This document shows, in pieces, positions 51,922-64,000 of a stretch of DNA of 64,000 bases. Position numbers and translations under genes: made by a program. The stretch lies in the NCBI RefSeq assembly GCF_964204645.1, contig NC_134033.1, positions 14,888,655 to 14,952,654 on the forward strand, written 5' to 3'. The first letter of the stretch is position 1; every line of letters starts with the position of its first letter. Source of the stretch: Tubulanus polymorphus. Taxonomy: Eukaryota > Animalia > Nemertea. The notes under the pieces were generated by a model. It was not told the DNA's origin, searched no databases, and saw only the letters and a list, made by a program, of their open reading frames with translations.

Positions 51922-53121
51922 ATGGTGACACCTAGTGCCACAAAAGCGAACTGCGATATCGCCGAGGAGTCACGTGATCTAATCTGGGTGATTCGCGCAA
52001 AAGGAAATAATTCAACCGAAACGTCGTATCCGTTCAACCGTACAGTGTATAATGAGTTTACTCGACAAGAGATGGCGCTACAGTCGAATCCGGCGGTTAA
52101 TTTAACTGTTTTATGCGAAGACACGTGTAATTTAGAATTGTACAAAACAGTGGATCTGATCACTAAATATAACGGTATAGCGGCTGTTATAGCGGGAATA
52201 ATCGGGACTGTATTAATCTCGATCACGTTGATTCCCGATTTAAAAAGATCATCGGCTAATTGGTTCATACTGAGTTTAGCCCTTACGGAAACGTGTTGGT
52301 TGTTTTATAAACTTCTAACCGAGTTCGAACCGATGTATTCAGCTCTGAGGGAAACGGATTCCGCGTGTAAATTCAGTCAAATATTCCTGCAGTTTCTAGA
52401 AATGAATAGCGTTTATATCTTATTGGGAATGACGGCTGAACGCATGTACGTTGTGGTGGCGCCACTGAAGGCAGCTTCGACTCTCAGCATGAAAAAATCG
52501 ATGATCATCACGTCCGCAATAACCGTTTGTATTTTGATATTTAGTTTACCGTTGGTATCGGTATTCAGTTACCGGGGTAACGACCATTTGGGAATCCCCA
52601 TATGCGAGGCGACCGACTTCTACTTCAGTTGGACAGGCGTTGATGCGTATTTCTACCTGCAGATGGCTCTGACGACGTTTCTACCGATCGTTCTCTTATT
52701 CGCGATGAACTTCGTCATAATTTTCAAAATACAACAACACAGCCGGGAACAGGCGACGATGATGACGACAGAGGGCGCTGCGGGCAAGAAAAGCCCAAAT
52801 CGTCAAGAACGACAAATAACGATAATGTTAGTAACGGCTTCGGTAGTTTTTCTGGTTCTGTCGTTGCCGTTCGCCATCGTTAGTGCGGCTAGAAATAGTT
52901 TGAATTTGTACGTCTGCGCGCAAGAGGAGTCGTACGCCATTATGTTGGTCGTCGGTTACGTCACGAGGAATTTCAGCCACGCCGTAAACGCGTATATCTA
53001 TTGTTTGAGCAGTCGAGCGTTCAGAACACAGTTGTTAAAGAGATTCGGCATCAGACGCGATAGCTCGCGGTCGTATGTGTCACAAACCCAAATGACTTCA
53101 GTATCAGCAGTAACTGAGTGA
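51922..53121 (+). CDS. Rhodopsin-like (class A) GPCR, FMRFamide/peptide-receptor-like, intronless CDS
   Basis: 399-aa ORF, seven hydrophobic helices, ACK before TM3, TAERMYVVVAPLKA, ERQITIMLV, FLVLSLPF, NAYIYCLSSRAFR, N-glycosylation sequons in the N-terminus. Confidence 0.93.
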   Translation: MVTPSATKANCDIAEESRDLIWVIRAKGNNSTETSYPFNRTVYNEFTRQEMALQSNPAVNLTVLCEDTCNLELYKTVDLITKYNGIAAVIAGIIGTVLISITLIPDLKRSSANWFILSLALTETCWLFYKLLTEFEPMYSALRETDSACKFSQIFLQFLEMNSVYILLGMTAERMYVVVAPLKAASTLSMKKSMIITSAITVCILIFSLPLVSVFSYRGNDHLGIPICEATDFYFSWTGVDAYFYLQMALTTFLPIVLLFAMNFVIIFKIQQHSREQATMMTTEGAAGKKSPNRQERQITIMLVTASVVFLVLSLPFAIVSAARNSLNLYVCAQEESYAIMLVVGYVTRNFSHAVNAYIYCLSSRAFRTQLLKRFGIRRDSSRSYVSQTQMTSVSAVTE

Positions 53122-53967
53122 TTAACGACCAATAAACTTAAATAGATGTGCTACAGTAGCATTGTATTTTAGGTTTACAATTCGTTGCCAGATCTAGAAA
53201 TTACCTAATTTCATCTTCAATCTGTTTTGTATCTCTTTGAAACTTCGGTGTATTCAAAACATGTATCGATTTGTTAATGTTGTTGTAAAATAAACGTTGT
53301 AAGCCAAATCGTACTAACGAGGTTCGACTGTAGTATGACATTTTGAATATTACGCGGTGTGTAGACTGGTTGCCGGTCTCTACCTTTTCTGACTGCAAAT
53401 GCATGTGGCGCAGAATTGGACAGGCGACCAGTCTAATTCAAAAGAGACCGGTAACCAGTCTACCCAATTTTTATTATCAAGGTGGCAGCACCAGACGGTC
53501 ACCTAGTGGAATTTCTGCTAACTAATGTAATACTATGCCATGAATTTCAAATATAAACAACCTGTTGAAGAACAATTGCTCTGTAACCATAATTAGATTT
53601 TATAACTAATCTCAATGGCAGTAAGATAGTAGTAATGCAAAGGCTATTGCAGAAATTTCTCTAAACCAACCGTACGGTGGTGCCATTATGAGGTTAATAT
53701 AAAAATCTGAGCTATTCGAAGGTCGTCGCCAATGAGTGATGATATGTTAGTTTACAGAAATGCCGCTAGGGTACCATACGGTGCTGCCATCTAACATAGT
53801 AAAAAATTATTTTTTCTTTTGTTCTAGTTTATCAAATCGTTATGATAAGACCAAGATTAATATAAGATACCAAGATATTCAATTAACGTCTTGAAATAGC
53901 GACGTTGAATATTCCGATATTGCCCGGTAATCAAATCAATTCAACATTTTATTCCCTACACACGGAG

Positions 53968-56826
53968 ATGGGTCGCTATTCGGATAGCGAAAACAGTGAT
54001 TATTATTCCAAATCTAAGAAGAAAAAGAAGCGGGAACGGTCAGTACCGTAAAATAAATGCCGCTGTCTGTATTTGAGCGAATTTAGGCCCATTCATTATT
54101 GACGGCAGGCAGGCTTTCGCCTTCCTTCTCTGCTGCCTAAAAAAATTAAAAATTGGGCATACGTTTGTTTGTTGCAGATCTCGTAGTGTCAGCAGTCATT
54201 CTTCTGCCTCATCTTATGATAGAAAGTATTCAAAAAAGAAAAAGAAAACAAAAAAGAAATATCGATCCCCAGCGCGGGAACGGCAAAGGTCGCGAAGCCG
54301 ATCCAGACGCAGGTCTCCTCCTCGCAAACGCAGTCGGTCGCCACGGAGACGGTCTCGTAGTCAGTCTCCGCGGAGACGCAGTAGATCTCGCAGTCGATCG
54401 CCACGGAGACGAAGTAGATCGCCGCGGCAACGGTCTCCGAGCCCGTCTCCGCGAGGTTCAAGAACAATTAAAAGGTGAATCATTGATCTCCTGGGCCGAA
54501 AGGGTGAACTTAGTCTGGGAGGGGGTCGACTGGGTGAACTCAGGCCTGGCCTGGAGGTGGATTGGGTGAACTCCGGGCCTGTAGGGGGTGCACTGGGTGA
54601 ACTCCAGGTGCAGAGGGGTTGGACTTAGCGAACTCCAGGCCCCTAGGGAGGGGTTAGGACTGAGGTTAATAAGTTCATTTTCAATTAGGCCTAGTTAACT
54701 CCGAGTCAAATCTTAACTCGGAACTGCAGAACTGGGTCCTGGTGTCTCGATTTCACAAAATAGCTTATCTATGATCAATTTTACAAATGTTTCAAATTTT
54801 CGCATCCAGAGAACGTTCAAGGTCTAGAAGTCCTAGTTCAAGGTCGTATCGGAGGTATTCTAAAGATCGAACGTCGAAAAGTCGGAGCCCGGTGAAAATT
54901 AAACAACAACCAAAAGAGGACGACAGGTAAATTTGAAACAAGTGTAAATATTCTTGTTTGATTCACTGGCCGCCGCTGCCGAAATTGAGTCTTATGAAAC
55001 GTTTTATTTTGCAGTATTTCATCTTTACCAGGATTGGATAAAATGGTAAGTTTAATTCTCTCAGTATTTAATTCATTAAAACACAAATCTAGTGGCTACC
55101 GTAGTAGTAACCTTCGATCTGTTAATCGATTACAGAATCCAGTTGCACAGGCTGAAATGAGAATGCAGATGGCTCTAAAGGCAGCAGGTAAAAAACCTAT
55201 TCTACCCCGAATACAACATTCTCACGGATCTGGGAATCCAAAAATCCCCGATATTTTTCTGACTAGAAATTCTCTGATTAAATTATAAGATATCTTTACT
55301 GGGAGCTGTTTCTTATGAAGAGGTTCCTCGTGCCACTCGTCACCAGCAAGAACAAGACACCAAATATTCAAATACCCTGATAAAATTATAAGATATCCTC
55401 AGTGAGGGCTGTTTCTAATCAAGAGATTCCTTGTGCCACTCGCTCATCATTGGCAAGAACAAGACACCAAAAATTCGAATATCCTGATTGAATTATAAGA
55501 TATCCACAATGAGGGCTGTTTCTTATCAAGAGGTTCCTTTTGTGCCACTTGTCACCAGCAAGAACAACAAGGCACCAGGGCGAGTTTTAATATAGACTGG
55601 TATTATCTTTAACTCGATTGAAAATGAATTTCGAGTTAACCCGCAGGTTCATGTTAATACCACTCTATTAAACCGGGTCCAGAAATTCAAATTTTCCTGA
55701 CTTCATGAAGAGCCAGAATTCCCCGATGTTCTGTAAGAACCTGAAAAGACCTCATTTCACTCACTGATTTACTCCGTATTTTATCTTACCGTGTGTTGGT
55801 GTATGTTTTCTAGCTCTCGCCGACCAGAAACTAAAGAAACAAGGAGTTCTGAGTTCATCGCCGTCGTTGATACAAACCGAAGAAGAGATCAACGATCAAC
55901 TGGAACGAGCGAAACTAATCGACAACATCGAGAGAGACGGATTCGATCAGACCGCTTTCAGATCAACGAAATCACAAAAGGTTCGGAATATTTCCCGGGA
56001 TTCTTACAGATCGTGGAATCCGAAATTCCCTTGACCAAAATTCCCTTGTTTGAATGATAGAATAAATCCTTGTGTCAATCGTCAACAAGACACCAAAAAT
56101 TCAAATTCCCTGATTGAATTATAAGATATCCTCAGTGAGGGCTGTTTCTCATCATGGAGTTCCTTGTGCCACTCGTCACAAGCAAGAATAAGACACCAAA
56201 CAAAAATTCTAAATCCCTGACTTTTCAAGAAACAGGGTCAGTCCGCTTTTCCCTGCAGGGAAAAAAAGCGAAATTCCATGATCTGTAGGAACCTTAACTT
56301 TGAAGACTTAAGATTGTTGCCACTTGAAAACAGTTTGAAGATTTACCGGTAGTAAAGTAGATGTTCTTATAATTCGACCATTGTAGGAGGATGGTATCGT
56401 TAATCTACCCAGTCACAACGATGTTATATTCGGTGCTGAAATTCCGCAATTCGCGCCGACTAAACCTAAAATCATGTATCAGGAATCGGACACCCCGTTT
56501 CATCCAATTGTAAGTATTTCGTCCAGGTTTTCCCTTAACCTCTGCCCTTTTAAACTGATTCTCTGAAAATATTCAAATCATTGAAGTTGCTCCCGTTCAA
56601 TTTTCTCCATCTCTGGTTCGAAATCCTCGGCAATGAATTTATCAATTTCAAACCCTTCGGGTCACGTATGAAAGGCAGAAAACCTGTTATCGCTGCTTTG
56701 CAGCTATATTTGTTTACTATTATTATATTTCAGTATTACGAGAGCGATGAAGTGAAATTCGAACGCTGGAAAATAAGATTAATGGAAATGAGAAAACAGA
56801 AATTAGCAGAAATGACTATTCACTGA
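53968..56826 (+). CDS. RSRC1: Serine/arginine-related protein 53 (RS-rich coiled-coil splicing factor)
   Basis: Exons 53968-54038, 54178-54474, 54810-54926, 55015-55045, 55136-55187, 55814-55980, 56387-56509, 56734-56826. MGRYSDSE start, long RS tract, GLDKMNPVAQAEMRMQMALKAAALAD, IERDGFDQTAFRS, FHP..ERWKIRLMEMRKQKL. Confidence 0.88.
55270..56220. repeat. ~110-bp repeat on both sides of an RSRC1 exon
   Basis: aattataagatatcctcagtgagggctgtttc...gtgccactcgtcac..gcaagaacaagacacc: three copies at 55270-55580 and one at 56080-56220. Confidence 0.85.
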
Positions 56827-57635
56827 CCGCTGCCCCCCACACCCCCTAGATGTGTACATACATGCTTTATGCCTTCGTAATTATTAAATGTATCTGCAAT
56901 TTTTCTACACTCAATAAATATATTGTACATATTTTTCAACAAGTTTCTTTACTCATGCTAAGTTCGGTTCTGTCAGGGTGGCCGCTTGTATTCGACTTGC
57001 TTCTTCTCGGCGATTATTCCCCAGCACGCACGCTTTTTTCCCTGAATTGATCTGCTACAGTCAAATAATATAAGTCGAGAATGATATTCTCTTACATGAA
57101 AATAAACTAGAAAATCTTGCTCACAAGGAAGAATCATCATCAAAGCATTACAGAGTTGTTCATCGCTGGTTTTTAACTGGAGTAGTGAACTGTGCGCTGA
57201 ATCCAGTTCCTAGTTTCATCTCTGCCGATGAAAACCGGAATAAAACAAGTTTAATATACATTCATAGTTTATTACTGGTAAATATAATCATCACAACAGT
57301 TTTAAATACATAGTCGGAAAAATCATCATTATTGAACCTAATTGGAGAAACCACTGCGAAATGAGAGATAATCACAAGATGATTGTCACCTAAAACACGA
57401 TTTATTGTTTGTTCTTTTTAGAATTAACGACTGTATTCACAAGATCTTTTATAGGTAGAATTTCGTAAAGACCGTCCCTTGTGGGGAGTTGGCATAGGTG
57501 GCGATATAATAACTCAGCCTGGACGCTGGAACCCCTTTGACATTCAGCATTTTACGAAATCCAATTTCTGATCGTCCACGCTTAACGTGTATTCAGCACT
57601 TCTCACGAGAGACAGTGTCAATTGAGAGTGAACTA

Positions 57636-57802
57636 CAGTGGAACCTCGTTAAAACGAACTCGGCTACAACGATTCATCGGATATAACAAATATAGAATAG
57701 CGTCTCAAGTAAGAAAATTTAATTAATTTCATACTGGATTTAGTGAACTATAGGTTTTAACGAACAGATTTTCTGATAGTTCACTGTAACAAGGTTCCGC
57801 TG
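57636..57802. mobile_element. pogo/Tigger-like MITE, second family
   Basis: TA|CAGTGGAACCTCGTTA...TAACAAGGTTCCGCTG|TA. Similar decayed elements near 23637-23767 and 28206-28379. Confidence 0.8.
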
Positions 57803-59125
57803 TACAAACACCGGACATTAGACATTTTATCAGCGCACTTTCAAAAACTGATCATCCACACTTCACATCAGTTCAGAACTTCACCTGAGACATTTTAAAT
57901 TGAAAATGAACAACAAATGCCAGACATTAGACATTTTATCAGCACGCTTAAATGTTGAATGTCTGAAGGGCTGCAGGTTCCATGCTGTAGATTAATGCCT
58001 GCAAGAGAAGACACCCCCCAATAGGAACATTTATACAAAATATAGATATATAGAACAATAAATCTACCAGTAGCAAGAAGAGAATGCACCAATAGTAAGT
58101 ATCAGCAATATCGCTGTATCTACGCTCGTCATTCTGTGTTACTGTTATATATCCATAGCAACTGCGCGTTGCTATAGCAGATAACGATGTAACACTTCCG
58201 ACGTAACCGTAGATACAAATCACAAAGTCGAGTTTAAGCACCTACCGGTAATGTGTAAGTATATACAGAGCATAAACAAAATATATCGTGAAAATACTTT
58301 GCCTTTTTCTCAAATGAACCTTACTCGGAAACTGTCGGGTTTCATAGACCAGGTATTCACGTAATCGCCTGGAGTAAGTGGTTTGCAGTTTTACACCGGG
58401 ATCCAGTTCCGCAGTTCTGAGTTAACAACATCGAAAATTAACTAATTTCAATTCCCAACTCACAACTGTAGAACCGGACCCGGGTAACAAAGTCACCCAT
58501 AAATTATCAACCTGGGCCTGGTGTTATAGACCGGGTATCGAAGTTACCCCTGAGGGATAAATCCTCAACCTGGGTGATAACTAACACAGTAACAATGAGA
58601 AACTATGGAAATAACTGGCAAATTTCAAAATGTTCCAGGGATTATTGTGCTCCCCCCCGACCACATCTATGAATCTCAGCCCTGAAATATACTTTCAACC
58701 CCAGAGCAACTTAAGTAAACATATCTCAGTCTTCACTCCTGGAATGACTCGCCCTCAATAACCCTAGACTATTATAACAGAAAATTACATTTCGTCCCTT
58801 CTCTCATATATGAAAATAATTTGTGTGGCTTTAAGAAAATAAAACTATTTTGTGACCTTCATTCATTCAAATCATTGCGATTACTACTAAATTAAATGCA
58901 ATCAGATAACTGAAAATCCGATCGAAGGGAAAACACCCTACGTATATACACTACTGTGATAGGACGATACATAGATATATAAAGTATGGAGTTTAGATGT
59001 AGAAATTACAACAAGTAGAAATATAGCAATATAAGATTTAAGGTAGAACCAACTAAACTAAACTATCGGGATATACTACTAAAACTATAGTCATTGTTAT
59101 CTCTGACTAGAACTACAAATATATA

Positions 59126-59126
<1 letters not shown>

Positions 59127-59160
<34 letters not shown>
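59127..59160. repeat. (TAT)n microsatellite
   Basis: Direct reading. Others at ~11940, ~13873, ~62995 (ATA)n, ~17670 (GAT)n and ~63350 (GA)n. Confidence 0.9.
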
Positions 59161-59161
<1 letters not shown>

Positions 59162-59214
59162 TGCTATTGTAAGCTGAATCTAAAAGATTGATGAACTCGA
59201 AACTTTCTTAATCG

Positions 59215-59611
59215 TGGTTTATACCGGTATCAATCTGCTGCACAGACGGACCCCACTCTCTTCAGTACAGTACTTCACCCGAGGCATTCTTAAGTGGCAA
59301 TCAAACTACTAATACCAAATATTATCCATTTTATCAGTGTACTTTCAGAAACTGATCGTCCACACTTCACTTCACCTGAGACATTTTCAATTGAAAATGA
59401 ACTACAAACACAAGATATTAGACATTTAATCAGCACATTTTCAAAAACTGATTGTCCACACTTCACTTGTGTTAAGTACTTCACCTGAGACCTGACATTA
59501 GACATTTATCAGCACATTTTTGAAAACTGCTGATCATCCAGACTTCACACTACAATATTGATTACGTGAAGGCTCTGTCCAAGCGGCAGATTGATACCTG
59601 TATTAAACCAG
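59215..59611. mobile_element. TIR element with internal ~100-bp tandem units
   Basis: TIRs tggttt-ataccggtatcaatctgctgc / gcggcagattgatacctgtattaaacca. The internal unit (gacattttatcagcac...cacacttcac...cacctgagac) recurs at 13215-13395, 34720-34830 and 57815-57950. Confidence 0.7.
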
Positions 59612-59787
59612 TCTAATCTCTATTACTATATATTGCTGTTAATCTCAAGAGACATTAATCGTTTGGTAGAGTATTGATTGATATTAACAAACTAGAGGAG
59701 TATCTGTAAAGAATTGTATGAAATATTCCCAGAATTTCTAGGAATATCTAAACTATTCAAGCGGTGGTGGAGTATCCAGTGGGCGAT

Positions 59788-62312
59788 CTAAGCTACTTGT
59801 TCATATTTATCCATTTTCACGGATCTGGCCAGACAACAGGCGAGCAGCGCTCCGATCAGCTGAGGATGAAGAAAATAGAATTATTGAACTTCTATTTCTA
59901 TCCCGAAACGATTGCCTCCTCCTCCAGTAAGGATTCGAACCTGATGGCATCGAGACTCGTCACGGTACAAAACCCTGCCACACTAGACCGCTACATGCGC
60001 AACTTAGATGATGTCATTAAAATATTAGCCAATCAGAAATCCCGTTTTATTTTTGCCCGGGGTTTTTCTGTGTATAGTTCTTCCGTGAAATTTGTCACAG
60101 CAATTATACAACAGAAAATCTGATTGGTGCCGCAAGTTTTCGGTCTACTGTGGCAGGTTCGTGCCGTGGCTGAGTCTCGAGCGATGCCTTCAGATTCGGA
60201 TCCCTACCGAGGGAGGATGAAAAGTAAATCAGGTTTTATTGTATTGTGATTGATATTTACCATGAGGAACGAAACGCCGATCACCGATCCTCCGATTATA
60301 CTGAAATTATTCTTCATGAATTCCGTCACGAGTTTAAAACAGCCCTGAAAATCAAATCATCGATACGACATTTAAAAATTCCTACAGACGGCAGCGTAAT
60401 ACAGAAAGACTTTAAAAAATCCATATTTTAACCCTTTCAGTGCATTTACACCGCAGTGCGGTGTATGAATCGTTGCGGTGATGGATTTTGGTAGTACATC
60501 GCACTGCGGTGTATTGATGTAATTAGTACCATAATCAGTTTTTATCTCTATTGAAAGATGGCAGCACCTGTCAAACATAGTGAAATACTAGTAACTAACG
60601 AGACACCGCGCTGCGGTGTAGATGCACTATAGTGGTATTCCCATTATTCAACACACTAGGGTGGATTTTTTCAAAATTTTCAAATTATCTCCAGCACTAT
60701 TGGGTATTGATTAGTCAGCACTGAAAGGGTTAAACATGCTAAATTCATCAAGTTAGGTCTAGATGTATATAGATCCCTCCGGTAGTATGTAAATAGTATG
60801 TTGTAAATAACATTTATTACGGCTTAAAATAATCTTATTTCCTTTTTTTTGTAAATAATTGTAAATACTGTTTTTTCCTCCATATTCCATGGAAATGGTT
60901 GGAGTGTAATAAATATTCGTATTCGTGTATATCTCGTTTCACAGTTTTGCCCCTATAATATTGAAATCCTTCAAAATCGATGACAAATCGAGACACGACT
61001 GTTGAACGTATAAACGTACCTTGGTGTAAATGGCGTTGGGATCTTTCGTGTTGCATTTCGGTGTCTTGCAGCAGCTATCCGGAATCCGATGACCTAGTTT
61101 ATCCCAGTCGGCGGTACTATTCATTCCACAACAATGTAACTGCAATAAAAACATCACCGTAACAAAATCAACAGAATTGAAAGATAAAAAGAAGTTAATT
61201 GATATTCTGGGGTAAGTTGCTCAAAAGTGGTTTAGGCTAAAAGAAATTGATACCCTGTTTCTCATTTCTGGCCGCCTATCTATCCTGTACATAACTTCTT
61301 TTAAAATCATGATCAAGCTTATAATAACAGACCCGGCAGTTATAGAAATTAACTGATTACGAATGCTATCGCAGTTTACTAAAGTGACCCGGTCGTTTAG
61401 GAGAAACAAGGTATCATTTTTAGTCTTAGATTTAGCCTGTGGACGAACACCATGTTGACAACACATTTCAATCGTCACTAGGCCAACAGCATCGTAACGT
61501 ACCCCCTTTTGTAAATCATCGACATCCTTTGTTAATTGTTTATCAGTTCCGTACTTGCTGTATGCTTTATTCAAACCCTCTTCAAATCCGGATTCCAACT
61601 GTAAACATAAAAACATAAACATATTATATACACATGTTAGTATGAATACTTCATGGACCTACTTAAATTTGGTTTCATAAATGATCCCTAAATTATCTTG
61701 AGTAAGTTTGTCCAATTGTCCAATTATTTACTTCACTTCGTCCCCTTAATTACCTAAGTCCTCTTCATTTCCTAATTAAAGTTAGTTTGTCACCCTCTGA
61801 GTCCCAGTTACACCCCTACGTACCTCAGTAAGTCCCCTTAATTATCTCAGTAAGTCCTCTTAATTATCTCAGTAAGTCCCCCTTAATTACCTCAGTAAGT
61901 CCCCTTAATTATCTCAGTAAGTCCTCTTAATTATCTCAGTAAGTCCCCCTTAATTACCTCAGTAAGTCCCCTTAATTATCTCAGTAAGTCCTCTTAATTA
62001 TCTCAGTAAGTCCCCCTTAATTACCTCAGTAAGTCCCCTTAATTATCTCAGTAAGTCCTCTTAATTATCTCAGTAAGTCCCCCTTAATTACCTCAGAGAG
62101 TCCCCTTAATTATCTCAGTAAGTCCCCTTAATTACCTCAGAGAGTCCGCTTAATTATCCCAGTAAGTCCCCTTAATTATCCCAGTAAGTCCCTTTAATTA
62201 CCTCAGTACATCCCTACATTTCTTCAGTGTGACGTACCTGTCCTTTGAAAACAAATCCCGTTATTCCGGCAGCTAATTCAGCGATGAACATTAAAACCAG
62301 GAATACTGAAAA
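59788..62312 (-). CDS. Tetraspanin, TSPAN6/7-like (3' part; 5' exons not found in window)
   Basis: Phase-0 exons 62312-62238 (TM3, FIAELAAGITGFVF), 61598-61503, 61139-61020 (CCG, DW, PDSCC), 60344-60261 (GC, TM4), 59859-59788 (ACCLARSVKMDKYEQVA*). Confidence 0.92.
59915..60220. mobile_element. Same ~300-bp palindromic repeat
   Basis: ggattcgaacctgatggcatcgagactcg... to ...gatgccttcagattcggatccct. Confidence 0.7.
60432..60729. mobile_element. piggyBac-like MITE
   Basis: TTAA|CCCTTTCAGTGC...GCACTGAAAGGG|TTAA; partial relatives near 15280-15500 and 63050-63230. Confidence 0.88.
61235..61437. mobile_element. MITE family B, older diverged copy
   Basis: ggctaaaagaaattgatacc ... agaaacaaggtatcattttt...ttagcc. 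Confidence 0.75.
61820..62210. repeat. 22/23-bp minisatellite with 67-bp higher-order structure
   Basis: ccccttaattatctcagtaagt variants in a fixed triplet order. Confidence 0.93.
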
Positions 62313-62997
62313 CTAGAAAATCAAAATAACTAAAGTTAGAATCAATGAAACAATGCACTCCTCATTAGTCTGTACTGGCATCAGACCACAATTAGGTTAG
62401 TGGCTCAAAGATGCGTAGGGCCGGAGCCCAAAAATAGTACCTAGAGTGAAGTAGAGGTCCTCTATAAATGTTGCCATTATTTCTGCAAATGGGATAGGTA
62501 ACGAATTTCGGTTATATGTATGAAATCCATTAGTCCTGAGATACCCCTCCTTTCTAAAGCTTTGATTATTTCAAAAGTTAGGTTGGTTATGTGGCGCGAG
62601 AACCACTTCAATGCGTAGCTAAGATGCTGGCCTATGAGCCATAAGCAGGAATTCCCCTGAATTTACGCGCTTATATATGAACTAAACTCTCGAATTTCTT
62701 GTTTTTACTATAGGATATAGAAGATTTTGTAGTGGTCTGAGCTCTACTGGTAAAACTGCTCACAGTTGGGTGAATTTACTAAAATCTAGTTGGAAATACA
62801 TTATTTCCCTCGTTCTGAACTTGGACAGCCCCAATGCAGCAGTTTTAATGTACAGTTTACAGTGTTCTTCTGAATCAAAGTATCCTATCGAACAAAATTC
62901 AACCAGAAATGTGTATCAAAACCCTTTTAATGCATCAGTTTTTGATTTAGCAGTGTATTGTTTGTTGCAGTGTATTCTTATTACTAATAAAATAATG

Positions 62998-63035
<38 letters not shown>

Positions 63036-63352
63036 AATATTAGTAGTAGTTTTTATCTCAATTAAAAGATGGCAGCACCTGTCAAACATAATAAAATACT
63101 AGTAAGTAACGATACACCACACTGCTGTGTAGACGCACTTAAGTGGTAAACCTGTTATTTAACACAATAGAGTGGATTTTTTTTAAATTTTTAATTACCT
63201 CCACAGCACTTTCGGGTATTAATCAGTCAAATTTGACACGATAGTTCAATTAGTTCACCAGGGGGGTATTATTCACTCTAGATGAGTGCGAAATTAGCAT
63301 CAGGAGATTTCGTGTAAATTGATGCAGTCAGTGACGCAGTGATATTGAGAGG

Positions 63353-63386
<34 letters not shown>

Positions 63387-64000
63387 TGATTCTCTGGAGA
63401 AATGTGAATTCCAGTCACGTAGACGCAGAACAGTGAGTCACATACTAACTGCCACATAGCTGCTACTCCCACTCAATCGGTCAGAATCGTCGGATTCTAG
63501 AATTTTTTTCATGGTGGTTTCGCAACCGGACATAAATCGCGAGTCGCCCTCATTTATAAGCGCCGAGTTAACAAAACCGCGAACACACGTCGCGCGATAA
63601 ACAATAAAACATATAAATACTTAGCGCGTCACTATGGCAACAGTAAGAGACGCCGAGACTCGGGCGGTAGTTGAAATGAAATCGTGGAAATAAAACGACA
63701 CTCGAGATTGCATTTCAACAGCGCAGCTCTCGGGATAATCGCTGCTCGTTTCGAAATCACAATAAGACATTTGAAAAAAGAAAAACAGCTCCAAAAACAT
63801 TAGTAACATAAAACTAACAGCATTTTTAGAAGTCGATGAAAAGTGCTGTCAGTAACGAGCTGAAGTTTTTTCAGGAAGATTTCGTTGAAATATGAAAGAA
63901 AATTTATCTCAAATTAATCAGTAATCATTGTTGAGACCCTCGGTAACGTCATTAGTTAGGATTTGATTCAGAGTTGACACGTTGAAAACGAACTGATTTT

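Noticed and set aside
54153-54569. Alternative-frame and antisense ORFs over the RS exon
   Set aside because: By-products of the repetitive RS-coding exon of RSRC1.

Overview
AT-rich, intron-rich animal genomic DNA (invertebrate-type; species not determinable from the window). Almost all short ORFs in the supplied track are noise or exon fragments. Splicing GT/AG boundaries by hand gives eight protein-coding genes: (1) a tandem FYVE-like Pep7/Vac1/rabenosyn-related gene (+, 357-5912); (2) an endosomal Na+/H+ exchanger of the SLC9A6/7/9 class (+, 6715-23930) with a U12-type intron, three frame-preserving candidate cassette exons and 3-4 alternative stop-containing last exons carrying different sorting motifs; (3) PINCH/LIMS (+, 25818-37848) with four phase-compatible alternative first coding exons; (4) an intronless Spot14/MID1IP1 gene (-) under a cluster of SRE-like and CCAAT sites; (5) FAM124 (-); (6) an intronless, divergent class A GPCR (+); (7) RSRC1 (+); (8) the 3' part of a TSPAN6/7-like tetraspanin (-). 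Introns contain PIF/Harbinger-, pogo- and piggyBac-like MITEs (some nested, some with internal satellite expansions), minisatellites, a LINE 3' end and several decayed minimal hammerhead-ribozyme motifs. No rRNA, intact tRNA, CRISPR array or autonomous transposon was found. Gene models are manual and have no RNA support; homolog comparisons are from memory, not from searches.
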